DNA from: Lama guanicoe
Lineage: Eukaryota
NCBI GenBank assembly: GCA_013239625.1
Contig: MU054220.1
Coordinates: 744,848-808,847, forward strand
Reading direction: 5' to 3'
Length of the DNA stretch: 64,000 nt
The position numbers were made by a program, and so were the translations under genes. The notes under the pieces are model-generated. The model searched no databases. It was given only the letters and a program-made list of their open reading frames with translations, and had not been told where the DNA came from. Shown one piece after another: positions 13,131-26,507 of this stretch. Position 1 is the stretch's first letter. The number at the start of each line of letters is the position of its first letter.

Positions 13131-16100
13131 TTCTGTGTGAGAAAACGTCAACATTAACTCATTTTTCCTTCCTGTAAAATGTAATTTTTGTCTCAAATAA
13201 ATTTCTATCTTAATGCTATCCTATCCATGTGCCCGATATTGAAACCCTGTATTTAAATACCCACTCAATACAGCCACGATTACCCTCCTAAATTCCCTGA
13301 AAGTTAAGTGTGCTGGTCCCTATAAAACAGCCCCAAACCAGGCTAAAGGTTGAGTGTATTGTAATTTTTAAAGCCTCATAGACTATGAGAAATGAATCCA
13401 AAATACCCTCATCTTCAAAGAACGGGGAATTTCTACACTGAAATAATCCCACGTTGTCAGTTATCTATCACTCTATAACTGTCTAGCCCTCTGAGGTTTA
13501 AAATGTCGTCAAGAAGCAGAAGCTAAATGAACCAGCCCTGCGCTCCTGGAATTGTAACACGCTCTAGGTGGAAAATGAAACTGTGAGAGAAAGTGACTTT
13601 AACCATCTATCCCATGAAAACTATTCTGAACCACGTTTGCACTTACAGGTACCACAAAGTAGAAGAAACTGATTATTATAGGAGCAGTTAGCAACAAATA
13701 TTTGGGATAAAATCAGGAATAGATGATGCTTTGGAGACTGTTTCCAGGGCAGTCAGAGCAGCTTTCTGCCAGATTTAAGATGTCTTGAAATCTGTTTGGA
13801 GAAATGCCAAATACACCATTTACAGAATTCTTAACTGAAGCACAACACCGTTCAGACCTTTCAGAGAAAAAAAGAGACAAAGACTCTTAATCTGGAGGGA
13901 AAAGGAAAAGCTTGTTACTGAAGAGAGTTGACAATATGATTTTTTTAAGTGGGGAATTTGTCACATCTGTGGACAAACAAGCTAAGCTGATGCAATGATA
14001 AATGTAAAGTCTTTTATCAAATAAAGATCAGTTCCCAGGAAGAACTTCTAAACAGGCAAGGGAACATGCCACACAACCCTATCCTTGCACAGATTAAGGA
14101 CAACCCCGTTCATGATAATTTCTGTAGCTCCAACACCTTTGGTTAACTTGACCCTTATGCTACCTTCCCACAAGGTGGCGCCCAAGTCAAATAGTAGACT
14201 AAGTCCAGTTCCGTCAAAGTTCACTTAGAAATGTTGTAGATTTGTCTTCAGAAAATGCTAATGGACTGTGTGAATTTTCAACCTAGAATTGTGCTTCATC
14301 CTGTGGTCCCATTACTTTGGGGCCACACTAACCAATCCCCCTTAAAATCATAACCTAGATCTCAGGTGAGACTTTGACACTACTAGACCATCACACTCCA
14401 TTTACACCATCCATTTATTTACTCCCACATTGTTCTAAAGTGAATACACGGCTGTTAGGACTGTTAGTGATACAGGACCATACTTGCTAGAGGAGTACTT
14501 CTGTCTTTTTCTCTTTCTTTAAAATCCCAATACTTTATTCTGTTTCCTCCATCCCAAACCAATGACGTCACTGTCTGCTTCAGAGAAACCTTGAAGCAGA
14601 TAGCCTTTAAATATAGCCCTGTGTGAAAAGCTGGTATTTTTTCCCTGTGAATAGCTGTAGTCTGCATTTTAAACTTGTATTTAGCAGTAAGTACTGGTTC
14701 TCTCGAGCTCCATTCCACCTACCTTCACTTTGGAAGGCATTGGAATGCTAAAAGCCATGCTGCCGGCATGCCCTAGAGCTTGGTCTCTGGATGGGAATTA
14801 GATTCCTCCCATTGTATGCGCACCTAAGGGATTTGGAAGGTGGTTAACAGCAGAGGCTGTGTTCTTTCAGCTTTTGGCAACAGACCCACGAACGAGACCT
14901 GGAGAAAATTAGTAATATACTACGCCCAGCTTTTCACAGCTGCTAAGTAGCAGTTAAAGCATTTCAATTCATATCTTTTAACTTCATTTAGTTCAATGCC
15001 CTGTAGACTAAAATAGAGCTTTTTTTTTTTGGTGTGTAAATTTCTGTAGGTATTTTGTTAACACAACTTCAGTGATATCTTCCGTATTAAAAATAATCTG
15101 ACTAAGGAGTTAGAAAATTATGACAAGATTGTAGCACTTCATCATCTGTAACTTTTGGTAATTGTGTTTCTCCACAACAATGCAATATTCTTGGCTTCTT
15201 TTCATCATCTGCTAGTCATCTCCTACCTGGGAGAAGGAAATACAACCAAGGGCACATCAAGGCTCAGCAGTGGAGAAGTATTAAAAAACTACCATTTAAT
15301 CCAGAGCATAAGCAAGTATTTGAATAATATCAAACTGATAAGTGGGAGTCTGATGGAAAACCATCAAGAGCTCAGTGGGGGAGGTATTAAAATAATCATG
15401 AATGAGATACCAATGTAAAAAACTGGCAACAGCAAGTCAGGAGGTAATAGGATTCTAGAATGTAACAGAAGTCAGTCTGACTACCTCAGGGTAGAGAATC
15501 TTGATAGGTTAGGAATTCTTTCAAGGAACCAAGTCTCCCTTTCTACTTCTGTCATGCAATTGCTCAAGGATACCAATAGCTATCCAATAACTACTGTAGC
15601 TTTAGAAAGAACTTTTCCAAAGCTTGAGAAAGCACAATGCATGTTAAGAAGCATATGGCGCTGTTGGATGAGACCATGTGTGGCCATTCTGTAAATAAAA
15701 TACAGATCACGGTGCAGGAACAAGTGATTAAGTGGTTAATTCTGTGATCTAGATTTCTGCTTGCGGAGCAGCATGTTGATCTGGTCTCAGTGATCAGTGA
15801 TGTTCTTTCTCCTGGGAGCACCCTATTAAAGTAGGAGGGTAGAAATTCACTGGATTAAGGATTAGCACCTCCGTCAGTGGAGAATCAACCACAAAGGGGC
15901 CGATTAGAATGATGCCAGCCTGTGCCCTGTCACAGCTGCTGGAACCGTCACTCTGACCTCTTACAGCCTAGATTCATCACACAATGGAGAACATTACATT
16001 TATAATAAAACTTCTAAGAAGCTGAAAGAAAACTATTTCTATTTGATCTAAGAATACACTCAATTAGGATTCAAGAAGGGACCCGAATGATTTTGGTAAG

Positions 16101-16563
16101 CAATGTACTTGGATGCCTTTTAGCAATTATCCTTAATTGGAGAAAGTGGAAATCCTTTGATAAATCAGAAAGCTTACTTCTTCATTAAGATAATAAATAC
16201 TTAAGACTTCTGTTTTCAGTCTCTCTTTGAAAGCAATGAAAATCCTATCTCTACAAATTTGACCAAAAAGTAATAATTGGATAACCTTTACTTCATTTAT
16301 ATTCAATATATCATTGTATCAGGCAGCTTGCCACCCTCATTAAAAAACACAAGCTGGAACAGTTTTTCCTGGCTCTTGGACTCTCTAATGTTACTTTATA
16401 TGAATGAATATTGAGTTTGGTAAGATCTTAGGTTAGACTTGAGATGACTTTGGAATCTTTATTTGTACAACCTGTCATTTTTGACCAACTGTTAAAACTA
16501 AGCTCTAAGAATCATTTTATTATTTGGTTAAGTATTTAATTATCTGATGACTTTTATCCCAAT

Positions 16564-16567
<4 letters not shown>

Positions 16568-16599
<32 letters not shown>
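16568..16599. repeat. (CT)n microsatellite followed by a pyrimidine-rich tract to ~16790
   Basis: Directly visible in the sequence. Confidence 0.95.
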
Positions 16600-16601
<2 letters not shown>

Positions 16602-17422
16602 CTGTCTATCTATCTCAAGCTCTGTTTCTCTCTTTCCCTTTCTCTTTCTCTTCCTCTCTCCTTCCGTCCTCTGCCCTCAGTCTATGTCTCCACTTTCTCC
16701 CTGTGAGTTTGCATCTGTCTCCCACTCTCTATTTGTTCTTTCTTTTTCTTCTTTTTCCTACATCCCAAGACTTTTCTCTTTTCTTTCCTTAATCTCTGCT
16801 TAAGAAAATAAAACAAAACAAAACAGAAAAACTGAAGTACTACTCTTTCTACAATGTGTTATGTTTAGTCAGTAATAATGTTAGATTGATGGCTTTAAGG
16901 ATGGGTATAAATTTTATATTTCTCTATATGTCAAAACACAAATACTAAATTTAGTAGTAAGTAGATCTACCCATAGAAATGATGGTAGCGACAGCGACAA
17001 TGGTGGTGATGGTGGTAGTGGTGATGCCAGTGATGATAATGTTGGTTTCATGACATTAACCAGGGAGGTAACTTAGGAGCATCCTGGACAAACAGGAATA
17101 AGTTACTGTAGACCTTAATGTTTTTTAATTACAAAATTATCGCCATTTTCATTCTGCAAAATTCTATCTGAGTTAGTTGCACTTTATTAACTAGTCCTTA
17201 GTTTTATGAAAAAAAGAAAAGTACTGGGAAGATATTTGTATGAAGGAGTTGTTTTGAAGCCTTTCAGTGATAAATCTAGTTATTGAGTTAGAATGCTCAC
17301 AGAGTTCTATAGGACACAGGTCCACCAATTACACATAAAATTGACAATCCAGATGCAGGAGCTAGGACCACCCAGCTGCTCAAGTGGTCACTGGAGAAAT
17401 TATACACATATTTATATATACA

Positions 17423-17425
<3 letters not shown>

Positions 17426-17456
<31 letters not shown>

Positions 17457-17460
17457 TATA

Positions 17461-17493
<33 letters not shown>

Positions 17494-17494
17494 C
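17426..17494. repeat. Compound microsatellite (TG)n-(TCTG)n-(TCTA)n
   Basis: Directly visible in the sequence. Confidence 0.95.
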
Positions 17495-20400
17495 AAACAG
17501 AAATGAGAAAGCCAAGCCACAGAATTCAATTTCAGAGTTCCTGGAATCCAAATCCAAGTTATACCACTCACTAACTTTGTGACCTCAAGGAGGTGACGCT
17601 TTCTACGATTAGCTAGTTGTCACAGTTGTTATTTTGAAATGGGTATACTGATGAATCTAAAAAATAATAATAATAATTGTCACTCTCTTTTATCTATGAA
17701 ACTAGTTTAAATGTTTGTTGAACATTTTTTATGAATTATTTTTGACTATACAATGCATTCTTGTAAGATTATAAAGATAAAAGAAAAATACTACAAAATA
17801 CAAGTACAATTAAACATAAGAAATGCTGTACTTCAACTAAAAAGATACGTAACTCTGAAATTTTAAAAAGTAGTAATAAACAGCAAAAAATAAGAAGTGG
17901 ATATAAAAAAGAAAGACAAAAAGTTATAGAAAAAACAAACTCTCTGATACAATATTGGTGGGGAAAAACCTTTTTAAATGAGAATTTACCCATACTTATT
18001 CAGGGTAAAGTGTTCATAGTCTTTGATTCTGCAATTCCATTGTAAAAAATCACCTTATGAAAACATATTCATATAGACAGACACACTACCATGAAATGAT
18101 TGTCACTGCAGCATTGTTAAAATAGCAGAAATTGAAATAAACTAAATCTTCATGTACTGACATGGAGTGGTGTCCATGGTAACTTTTTTGGTTAAAATGT
18201 ACAGTGTATATGTGTACCTGTTGTATAGTTGTATTATTAAATTGCATACATAAATATACAAGTTCAATATTTCTAAATAAAAATATACAGCTGCAAGAAT
18301 AAATTACAGAGGCAAAATAATCACATAGCTAGAAAGTGGTCCAGAATCAAAACTAGAGCTGGTGCATGTGACCCAAGGCGCTTATTCTCTGGCCTTCACT
18401 GCGCAGTGTCTCTCAGCCCCACCCCTGGGCCTGTGCCCGTGTCCTCTCTGCTGGGAATAGCCCTAGTCCTCCTTTCTCTTAGCTATGGTCTAGCTTTAAG
18501 ACACAGTTTCCTTAATAGTTTCTTGATTTATTTATTTACTTTACAATGATTCCTATTGTAATTGTTTAAAATTTACCAGCCCTGCCCTTATTTAAGGAAA
18601 TGGATTACCTCTGAAAAACTTTCAAAATATTTGTTGTCTACTCAAGTAATGAGGGCTAAGTAAAGGAGGCAGACTATCCAATAAAAGAAAAGCATTCATC
18701 ATAACTGCTCCTGTCTTTACTTGAACAGCCTTTGAAAAAGTAACTCCTTAGTGACCAGTGTGAAAGGACTTACCAGGAGTGCAGCTGATGCTGAGATTCA
18801 ACACCAGACTGAAGCTCAAGGTACTGTTTAATTCTCGGTTTTGGCCAAAGCAGAGATTATCAAGGAACAGCCAGTAAATGGCATCATTGTGCCCAGTTGA
18901 CAGAGAAAAGCAACTAGACTACGATAGATCTGTTTTCAAACCTGGAGAAGAGCTGGCACCAGCGTTACCAGTGCCCTTCGGCTCCTTGCTGTTTCCTTCC
19001 AGTCAATAAGATATCTTGGGTTGTATTGGTTCCACTGCATCCTTACTAATGTATTAAGGACTCTGAGAAACATGAAAGGAGTGGCAATCCTTAAACATGT
19101 CTCTATGGAAATAAGTGAAACATGAAATCAACATGAAGCAGTCATATACAGAAAAGAAATGTTTCATGAGTAAGTGGAACAAACATTCAGGCTGGTGAGG
19201 GTGCAGGCAGGCACTGGGGGAAAGGCAGCATCGGGGAAGCCTGGTGATGGATTGGTTGGTAGAAAGGAGTGGACAGAGGCAGTAAGAAAGCCTAGAACTT
19301 ACAGACATAAGGATATGGTTAGGAAAAATGTGTGTAGGCTGCTTTCCAGAGTCTTCTCGTATACATTACGTCCTTTGAACTTCACAGCAGCTCCGTGAGG
19401 CAGGAGGTAGGTACTGGGGGGCCTGAAAGCACAGTAGTTAGTGGTGTATGCTTTGGAATTAATCACATGCCTGCCAAGAAACTGTGGGGGTGTCATACAA
19501 CTTCTCTATGGCTCAGTAGCTGCTTCAGAAAATCCACACAATAATAATACTTACATAATTTGGCTGTTTGTGGTGATTAAATGGGGGGAAAAAAATCCCT
19601 GTGCAGATTCATCTCAAATAATGAGCAATGCATACATGGTATCTATGGTTTCTCTTTGACTAATTGCCCTGCTGCAGGAACTGAGGCTTGGGGAGGCTGA
19701 GATTATGTACTAAGCCTGCCAGTGGCCTGGCTGTGAATTAGGGGTAAGTTTGCTCTATCTGGATCCAGTGATGTTCCCTGGACGCAGAAAGGCAGATGTG
19801 AAAAGAAGTGATGAATCTGGCAGGAAGTGTGTGGGATGACAATGAAATAAAGTGAGGAAAACAGAGGAAAATAAAGTTGAATAATTAAGAGACGGGGTTC
19901 TGGAGACAAGTGTTGAATGTCAGGTAGGAATCACTCTTAAGTTCCAAGCCACAAGGACAGATGGGGCATGAGTTAGTACTTAGAACACTGGCTTCCTTTT
20001 TTTTTTTTTTTTTAGCATGAAATGAATCACATCTCTAAGGAAATCTTACCCAGAGGCATAAACAATGAATGCAATTGAGATTTGAATGTCTGTGTATGAA
20101 GAGGACAGAGTTCCTTCTGTGGTTTCTCAGCTAGTGAGCCATCCTTACATGCAAGAGAGGAAACTAACAGACTCGGTTAGTGACGTGACTTGGGATAAGA
20201 CCCACTTCTCCCTTCCTGACTCCTGAGCCAGCGTTCCTTATGATGAACAAAGGTTCTTCTAAGAAAAAATCTCAGCTCTTGGGCTGGGAGGGAGAGGAGG
20301 AGGTTAAGTAACATGAATAAAATGTTACTCCCATAGTCTCCTGTGGACCCTCTGCATTTTGTGTAAGGGATGGAGGGGGCGGTGGGGTTGTTGAATAGCA

Positions 20401-20614
20401 CTGCTGACCTCTCATCACTCGCAGAGTGTTACAGTCCAAATACAGTGTGAAGCTACGCTATATGCAAAATTCCTGAGAGGAGGCAGCCCGCCTCTGCTTA
20501 GAAATCCCACAAATAGAAAGCATGTTTTCATTGTAACTTTTTTCCTGGCTGCCATAGTAACTCTCCTGAAACCCCACATAATCTTTTCTTTCTTCCAGAG
20601 CAGAACATAGCAGT

Positions 20615-20815
20615 TAAGCATTTGAGCTTTGTGATCAAAATGCCAGCTCCGTAGTGCACTAGTTGTATAATCTTATGCAAGAGAGTTAATGTGCAAAGAC
20701 CTCAATTTCTCTTCTTTAAAATGGGTATAGGACCAGTGCCCACTTCATACGGTACCATGAAGTTTGAATGAGGTAGTATCTGTGTCGTACTTGACACTGC
20801 CTGGCAACATAGTTA
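20615..20815 (+). mobile_element. MIR SINE fragment
   Basis: MIR core-like CCTCAATTTCTCTTCTTTAAAATGGG and 3' motif ACACTGCCTGGCAACATAGT. Confidence 0.6.
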
Positions 20816-21219
20816 GTGACCCTAGTCATTGAATTGTTGTCACTGCTGTGTTCCAGAATCCTTTGCTCCGTGTAGGAAACAGAGGAACTGAAAGGAATGA
20901 CCTGGACTGATTCAGGTTTGAGTCAATTACATTGTGACCTGGGTCTTTGCTGAATCATCATACTTTGTAATCTCCATCAACGGACACTGTATTAGTCAGA
21001 GAAGATATTATCACTAGTTTTCAATGTATTCTGATCACTTCATAGTTAGGAGTATAACACAAAATTATGAAAAAAGTGTCACATTGCTTGGAGAAGAACC
21101 CAGAATAATGCACCTCATGTTTGGTGAAGATACAACAGGATAATATATTGTAACATACTTAGCACGGAGATTGGTAAATGATAAACTCACAGTGTAATTA
21201 CTAGAGAAGCAATACTGAT

Positions 21220-21370
21220 GTTTGAAAGCACTGATTCTGGAGTCAGAAAATGTGGTTCACTTTCCAGCCTCACTACCCACTAGCCGCGCAGCCCTGGTTA
21301 AGTTTCCTGAACTCTCTGAGAAGCAGTTGTCTCATCTGTAAAAGAGTCAGTCATAGGGTTATTCTAATGC
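21220..21370 (+). mobile_element. MIR SINE fragment
   Basis: MIR-like CTGGAGTCAGA...CTCTCTGAG..CAGTTGTCTCATCTGTAAAA. Confidence 0.6.
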
Positions 21371-21647
21371 CTGGAGCAAGGTAGGTACTTTTAAATGTTG
21401 GCTATAAATGATAACAACAAAAGGAGGGAAAATGTATTTCACATGGAAGGGCCATTTAAAGAGAGAAAAGAAAAGGCCTGGGGAGATCCTAGCTTTAATG
21501 AACTTGCTCTCTTTTAAGCTCTGTATTTAGCATGTTATTAAAGGCCAAATGCTTAGATGGTGAATAAATGAAAAAAAAAAAAGGAACATAAGTTCCCTGA
21601 GATCCTAGAAATACATGAAGCCAAACAATCACGAATTATAAATGGTA

Positions 21648-21661
21648 TGCTGCTTTTTCAG
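21648..21661 (+). promoter_or_regulatory. Candidate splice acceptor of the OR4C6-like coding exon
   Basis: TGCTGCTTTTTCAG|GTTTAT, 41 nt upstream of the ATG. Confidence 0.55.
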
Positions 21662-21702
21662 GTTTATAACTCTCAGCTGGGGCTTATATCATCATCTAAT
21701 AC

Positions 21703-22635
21703 ATGGGAAATCAAAACAATGTGACTGAATTCATCCTTTTGGGCATTACAAATAATCCAGAGTTGAGGAGAATACTCTCTGCTGTGTTTCTAATCATGTA
21801 TGTGTCCACCGTCTTGGGAAACCTCCTCATTGTGGTAACCATGGTCACAGATGAGAGTCTGAGATCACCCATGTATTTTTTCCTTACTTCCTTGTCCATT
21901 TTGGATGTTACCTTCTCTTCTGTCATTGCCCCCAAGATGATTGTGGACTCCCTCTCTGAGAGCACTACCATCTCCCTCAAAGGCTGCATGGCCCAACTGT
22001 TTGAAGAGCACTTCTTTGGTGGAGTGGGGATCATCCTTCTCACTGTCATGGCCTATGACCACTACGTGGCCATCTGTAAGCCGCTGCACTACATGACCAC
22101 CATGAGGCCTCGGGTGTGCTGCCTGTTGCTGGGAGGGGCCTGGCTGGGGGGACTTTTCCATGCAGTTATACAGCTTCTCTTCATGTATCAAATACCCTTC
22201 TGTGGCCCCAATATCATAGGCCACTTTCTGTGTGATTTGTTTCCATTGTTGAAACTGGCCTGCATGGACACCTACATCCTGGGCCTTTTGGTCATCCTCA
22301 ACAGTGGGGTGATGTGTGTGGCCATCTTCCTTATCCTCATCACCTCCTACGTGGTCATCCTCTGCTCCCTGAAGTCCTGCAGCTCTGAAGGGTGGCGTAA
22401 AGCTCTCTCCACCTGTGGTTCCCACCTCATGGTGGTCATCATGTTCTTTGTGCCGTGCATTTCCTTGTACGTGAGGCCTGTGGCCACCTACCCCATAGAC
22501 AAGGCTATGACTGTGTCTGAGTCAATCATCACACCCATGTTAAATCCCTTGATCTACACCCTGAGGAATGCAGAGGTGAAAAATTCCATGAGAAAACTGT
22601 GGATGAAACAAGGAAATCCTTCAGTTGGCAAGTGA
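21703..22635 (+). CDS. OR4C6: Olfactory receptor 4C6-like, full-length 310 aa with DRY->DHY (possibly non-functional)
   Basis: OR motifs are present. [30 protein letters not shown] and CVAIFLILI match recalled human OR4C6. Confidence 0.85.
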   Translation: MGNQNNVTEFILLGITNNPELRRILSAVFLIMYVSTVLGNLLIVVTMVTDESLRSPMYFFLTSLSILDVTFSSVIAPKMIVDSLSESTTISLKGCMAQLFEEHFFGGVGIILLTVMAYDHYVAICKPLHYMTTMRPRVCCLLLGGAWLGGLFHAVIQLLFMYQIPFCGPNIIGHFLCDLFPLLKLACMDTYILGLLVILNSGVMCVAIFLILITSYVVILCSLKSCSSEGWRKALSTCGSHLMVVIMFFVPCISLYVRPVATYPIDKAMTVSESIITPMLNPLIYTLRNAEVKNSMRKLWMKQGNPSVGK

Positions 22636-22714
22636 TAGAATTCTGAGCACATCACATGTTTCCTGTAAGGAGAAGTCATTCTTTTAGAAAGGTGTATAAA
22701 GTAAAACTATCTAT

Positions 22715-23325
22715 TCTCCACCAACAGCCAGAGGGATCTGTTAAAAATATAAATCTGATTTACGATTTAGGGTGTTTACAATTGATGGATTATGGTACTC
22801 TACTGCTTCACATCCTTCCTTGGCCTCCCATTGCCTTTAGAACCTCCTTGTCTTATCCTAGAATCTCCTGGTTAATCTCTCTGCTACCTCTAATTTTCCA
22901 ACCACATATTGAGTGCCTCCCTGCCCCTCACCATGTACCAGACATGTTAGGTTTTTCCCATCTGCCCTTAGAGCTGATAAAGCGTTTTCTCACCTCAGTG
23001 CTGTTGCTTCTCTCTCTCTGAAAACAAGCCCTCATCTACTCAACTGATTGTTTGTCTCTAGCTTCTGGTCCTAGATTAAGAGCTCTGCATTCCCTCAGAG
23101 AGCCTCCTCCCATGAATCAAGTCAATGATTCTTCTACTCTTACCATTATTCTCTATGTCTACATCCTCTTTATCTTCTTAGTAACAATGACCAAGAGTTA
23201 TTTGTGTATAACTATCATTGGATTTTTTTTACTTTCCATCTCTTTCTAGATTGGACAACTACAAAAGAGGAAATTTTATTTATGCATGGCATTTGTTAGG
23301 TTTACAATAAATACCTGTTGAATGA
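22715..23325 (+). mobile_element. Degenerate L2 3' fragment
   Basis: L2-like CAGCCAGAGGGATCTGTTAAAA start and terminal CAATAAATACCTGTTGAATGA. Confidence 0.55.
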
Positions 23326-24829
23326 TTATAGAATGCAAGAGCCAAATAACCAAATTCAAGTAACCAAATTCAAATGGTTATGGGGGAAAAAAGAAGGCAA
23401 TCAATAAAATGAAAAATGAACAAAGGAAAACCAAAAGGCAGAAAGTGGCCGTAAGTACAGAGTTCGTGGAAATGGAGGGCTGTGACTATTTCATGGAACC
23501 TACTTCATATTGGATAGTCAGAGAAGAATTCTATTAGCAGGTAACATTTCAGCTGACTTTGAATTCTGTTGAGGGTCTCTTAGGAAAAGTTATGAAATAT
23601 TAATAAGCTTAACACTGATGAGCACCAATAATTGACAAAACATGATCGAAAGGAAATAGCCATATGAGGATCAGTGGGATGAAGACTCTAGAGAGAGAAG
23701 ACTAATGCAAGAAATACCGTGGTACTTCCAAGGAATTATAAAATACCAGAATGGATGGGACACAATGATCCGGGCATAGAGTGGCAAGGAGCAAGATCAG
23801 AAATGTACAAAGGGCTTAGATCCTGTAATGTTGGTATTTCTAGTCCTCCCCGAGCCCCCAGAGAGCATGAATGTTGTTGTGTCTTAAAAATGACCCAAAG
23901 CCAGAAATGTTTTAGGAACACAGAGTAACTCTAACTTTTGTGCTATAGAGGAGATGGGAAACATGGTGTGAAAAGCTTTTGTAGTTATCTTCTAGTTGCC
24001 CTTTAATTTTCAATCATAGAAGAAACTTCACAATGCCATTTAAAAATACTTCAAAGTAAAGATTCATTTTAGCCCTAAATTTCTTTATTTCTTTTCCACC
24101 TATAACTAAAGACTAAGTCCATATCAGTGTAATGACTTGAGTCTTTAGGAAACTCTTAGGATGACCTTCACTTTATTATAATTACATAGTGAAAATATGA
24201 GGAAGAACCTTGGAGTGAGGTTCTTGACTTTATATTTGTTTAATATGTGAAGTAATAGTTTGATAAAGTTTGATGAATGAAATAGACTGATGCCAGCAGA
24301 GTACTATATTTTTATTTTATTGCATACAATTTTCTTATCTGTAGACCTAAATGTACCACAGACAATTGTGTTTCACTTGAAAGAAAGTAAGACTGAGTTT
24401 TTAAGACCTGGATTGCAAGTTTGTAGCTGAAACTTTTGAAAAGAAGTGCATTTCATTGTAATAGTCCCTGACACACTATATGGGGTAGCCGTGTGTAAGT
24501 AAACTAGTATAGGCAAGTAAGTTACTGAAACCTCTCTGGCTTCAACTTGCTTCAGTGTAAAATGTTCATATTAATCATGGAATGACAGGCTTAGTATGTG
24601 GATGAAACAACTGAGGTGGATATGCCTGATATATACTGAGGTGTTCATTTAGTGTAAAAATGTGCCTCAGACCTACAGAGCAATAGCTTTGGAACCTAAC
24701 TGTATGCATTTTTTTGTTGAAATTGATGAAAAAAAGTTTATCCTTCTCGTTTCAAATGGCTCCACAAGTATTTACACTGAAAAAAAATTCTTTATATTCA
24801 TGACAAATTGTGAGCCATAAGGATAGTTA

Positions 24830-24938
24830 AGAAAGAATATGAAAACAATTACATTTATGGATGTGTATGACTGAAACATTATACTCAACACCAGAAACTG
24901 AACCACTGTAAACTAACTATACTTCAATAAAAAAAAAA
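24830..24938 (+). mobile_element. Short 5'-truncated lineage-specific L1 3' end with poly(A)
   Basis: GTATGACTGAAACATTAT...TGTAAACTAACTATACTTCAATAAAAAAAAAA. Same 3' terminus as the L1 copies ending near 33700 and 45030. Confidence 0.75.
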
Positions 24939-25524
24939 GAGTAACTTCAAAATTTCTGGCTTATTCTGTGCCAGGAAAAGAATTTGAGATGGATTGTGAA
25001 TTATTCTTTCCTCCTTTTATGGATGTCTCTCTTTTTGGTTTTGTAAATTCATAGAGAAGGGATAAAATTTCAGCTGTGATTCCTTCAAGCGACTGTTCCT
25101 TCCCCGTGTGTCTGTCTAAGAACTTTTATCCCTTATTGGCTTTGCCAAAGGCTAAGCAAAAACAAGAGTTCTTAGGAGAAGGGCCTATGGAAAAGCCAAT
25201 TTCATCCAAGTAACACATACTAAGGATTTGGTAAAGTAACAGGAAGATTCTGGAGAAAAAAATCACACGCTACAATCATTACTAAGGGTTGATGGTTGTT
25301 CTCCCCATGGGCTATTAAGAAGCTATGACCATGGATATTGAAGCCTTGGTAAAGTACAAGTTATCAGAATAAATGCCTGCCCATTACTAAGTAGTCAACA
25401 AATGCTAGTTCCTAGGCCTTTTTTCTAAGTGATCTGCAAACTTCCTTAATTTTTCTTTTTCACAAATTTCAACAGGTATAATCCTTCCTATGTAAATCAT
25501 TACTCCTTTGGCATCATGAACAGC

Positions 25525-26451
25525 CTAAGTTACTCTCCTCTTCAACAAACGCCTCATGGCATTTTTCACCTCAGTGTTTCTCACTGTGTAAATGATGGGA
25601 TTTAACATGGGAGTAAGGACTGAATAGAACACACTCACCAACTTGTCTACAGGGTACGTGTCCACAGGACGCATGTAGGTGAAAATAGAAGGGACAAAAT
25701 AGAGCACCACTACTGTAAAGTGGGAGCCACAGGTAGAGAGGGCCTTGCGCCGTCCCGCAGAGCCATGGGATTTCAGGGAGCGCAGGATGACTATGTAGGA
25801 AATGAGTAGCATGAAAAAAATGAGTAAGCACATGCCCCCACTGTTCACTGCTACCACCACTCCAAGCCTGTAGGTGTCGCTGCAGACAAGTTTCAACAGT
25901 GAGAAGAAGTCACACATGAAGTGGTCAATGACATTGGGACCACAGAAAGTCAAGTCATCTGCAGAAAGAATCTGCAGAGTAGCATGCACAATGCCCCCAG
26001 TCCAGGCCACCACCACCAGGAGCTGGCAGAGCCCCTGTCGCATGATGGTTGTGTAGTGCAGAGGCTTACAGATGGCCACGTAGCGGTCATAGGCCATGAC
26101 AACCAGTATGATGACCTCTGAGCCTCCCAGAAAGTGTTCCAAAAAGAGCTGAGTCATGCAGCCACCCCAGGAGATGGTTTTCCTCTGCTGCAGCATGTCA
26201 GTGAGCATTTTGGGGGTGGTGACAGAGGTGAGTGATACATCTAAGACAGACAAATAACTGAGAAAGTAGTACATGGGAGTTGAAAGTGTGGGGCTGAGGG
26301 AGATGGTGATGACAATGAGCAGATTGGCCAGCAGGGTAAATAGGAAAGTAAACAGGAAGACAATGAAGAGTACTTTCTGCAAATGTGGATCTTGTGTGAG
26401 TCCCAAGAGAACAAATTCAGTCACATTGTTGGGAGGCATGAAGAGATCCAT
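25525..26451 (-). CDS. Olfactory receptor, family 4 (OR4C-type), intact 308 aa
   Basis: [49 protein letters not shown] and PMLNPIIY motifs. No confident one-to-one human orthologue recalled. Confidence 0.9.
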   Translation of the reverse strand: MDLFMPPNNVTEFVLLGLTQDPHLQKVLFIVFLFTFLFTLLANLLIVITISLSPTLSTPMYYFLSYLSVLDVSLTSVTTPKMLTDMLQQRKTISWGGCMTQLFLEHFLGGSEVIILVVMAYDRYVAICKPLHYTTIMRQGLCQLLVVVAWTGGIVHATLQILSADDLTFCGPNVIDHFMCDFFSLLKLVCSDTYRLGVVVAVNSGGMCLLIFFMLLISYIVILRSLKSHGSAGRRKALSTCGSHFTVVVLYFVPSIFTYMRPVDTYPVDKLVSVFYSVLTPMLNPIIYTVRNTEVKNAMRRLLKRRVT

Positions 26452-26481
26452 TCAGCAAATAACACCTTCCTGGGGCCTGAA

Positions 26482-26507
26482 CTACTTAGAAAAGGAAAAA
26501 GGAAAGA
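26482..26507 (-). promoter_or_regulatory. Strong candidate splice acceptor (tandem NAGNAG) of the OR at 25525-26451
   Basis: Minus strand reads TCTTTCCTTTTTCCTTTTCTAAG|TAG|TTCAGG. Confidence 0.6.

Noticed and set aside
13500..19500. Possible processed pseudogene or extra OR remnant in the long intergenic interval
   Set aside because: I found no OR motifs, poly(A)/TSD structure or recognisable translation by eye. A BLASTX would be needed to exclude this fully.
21711..22425. Antisense ORFs of 112 and 186 aa over OR4C6-like (similar ones overlap other ORs)
   Set aside because: These are by-products of OR codon usage on the opposite strand and show no recognisable protein features.
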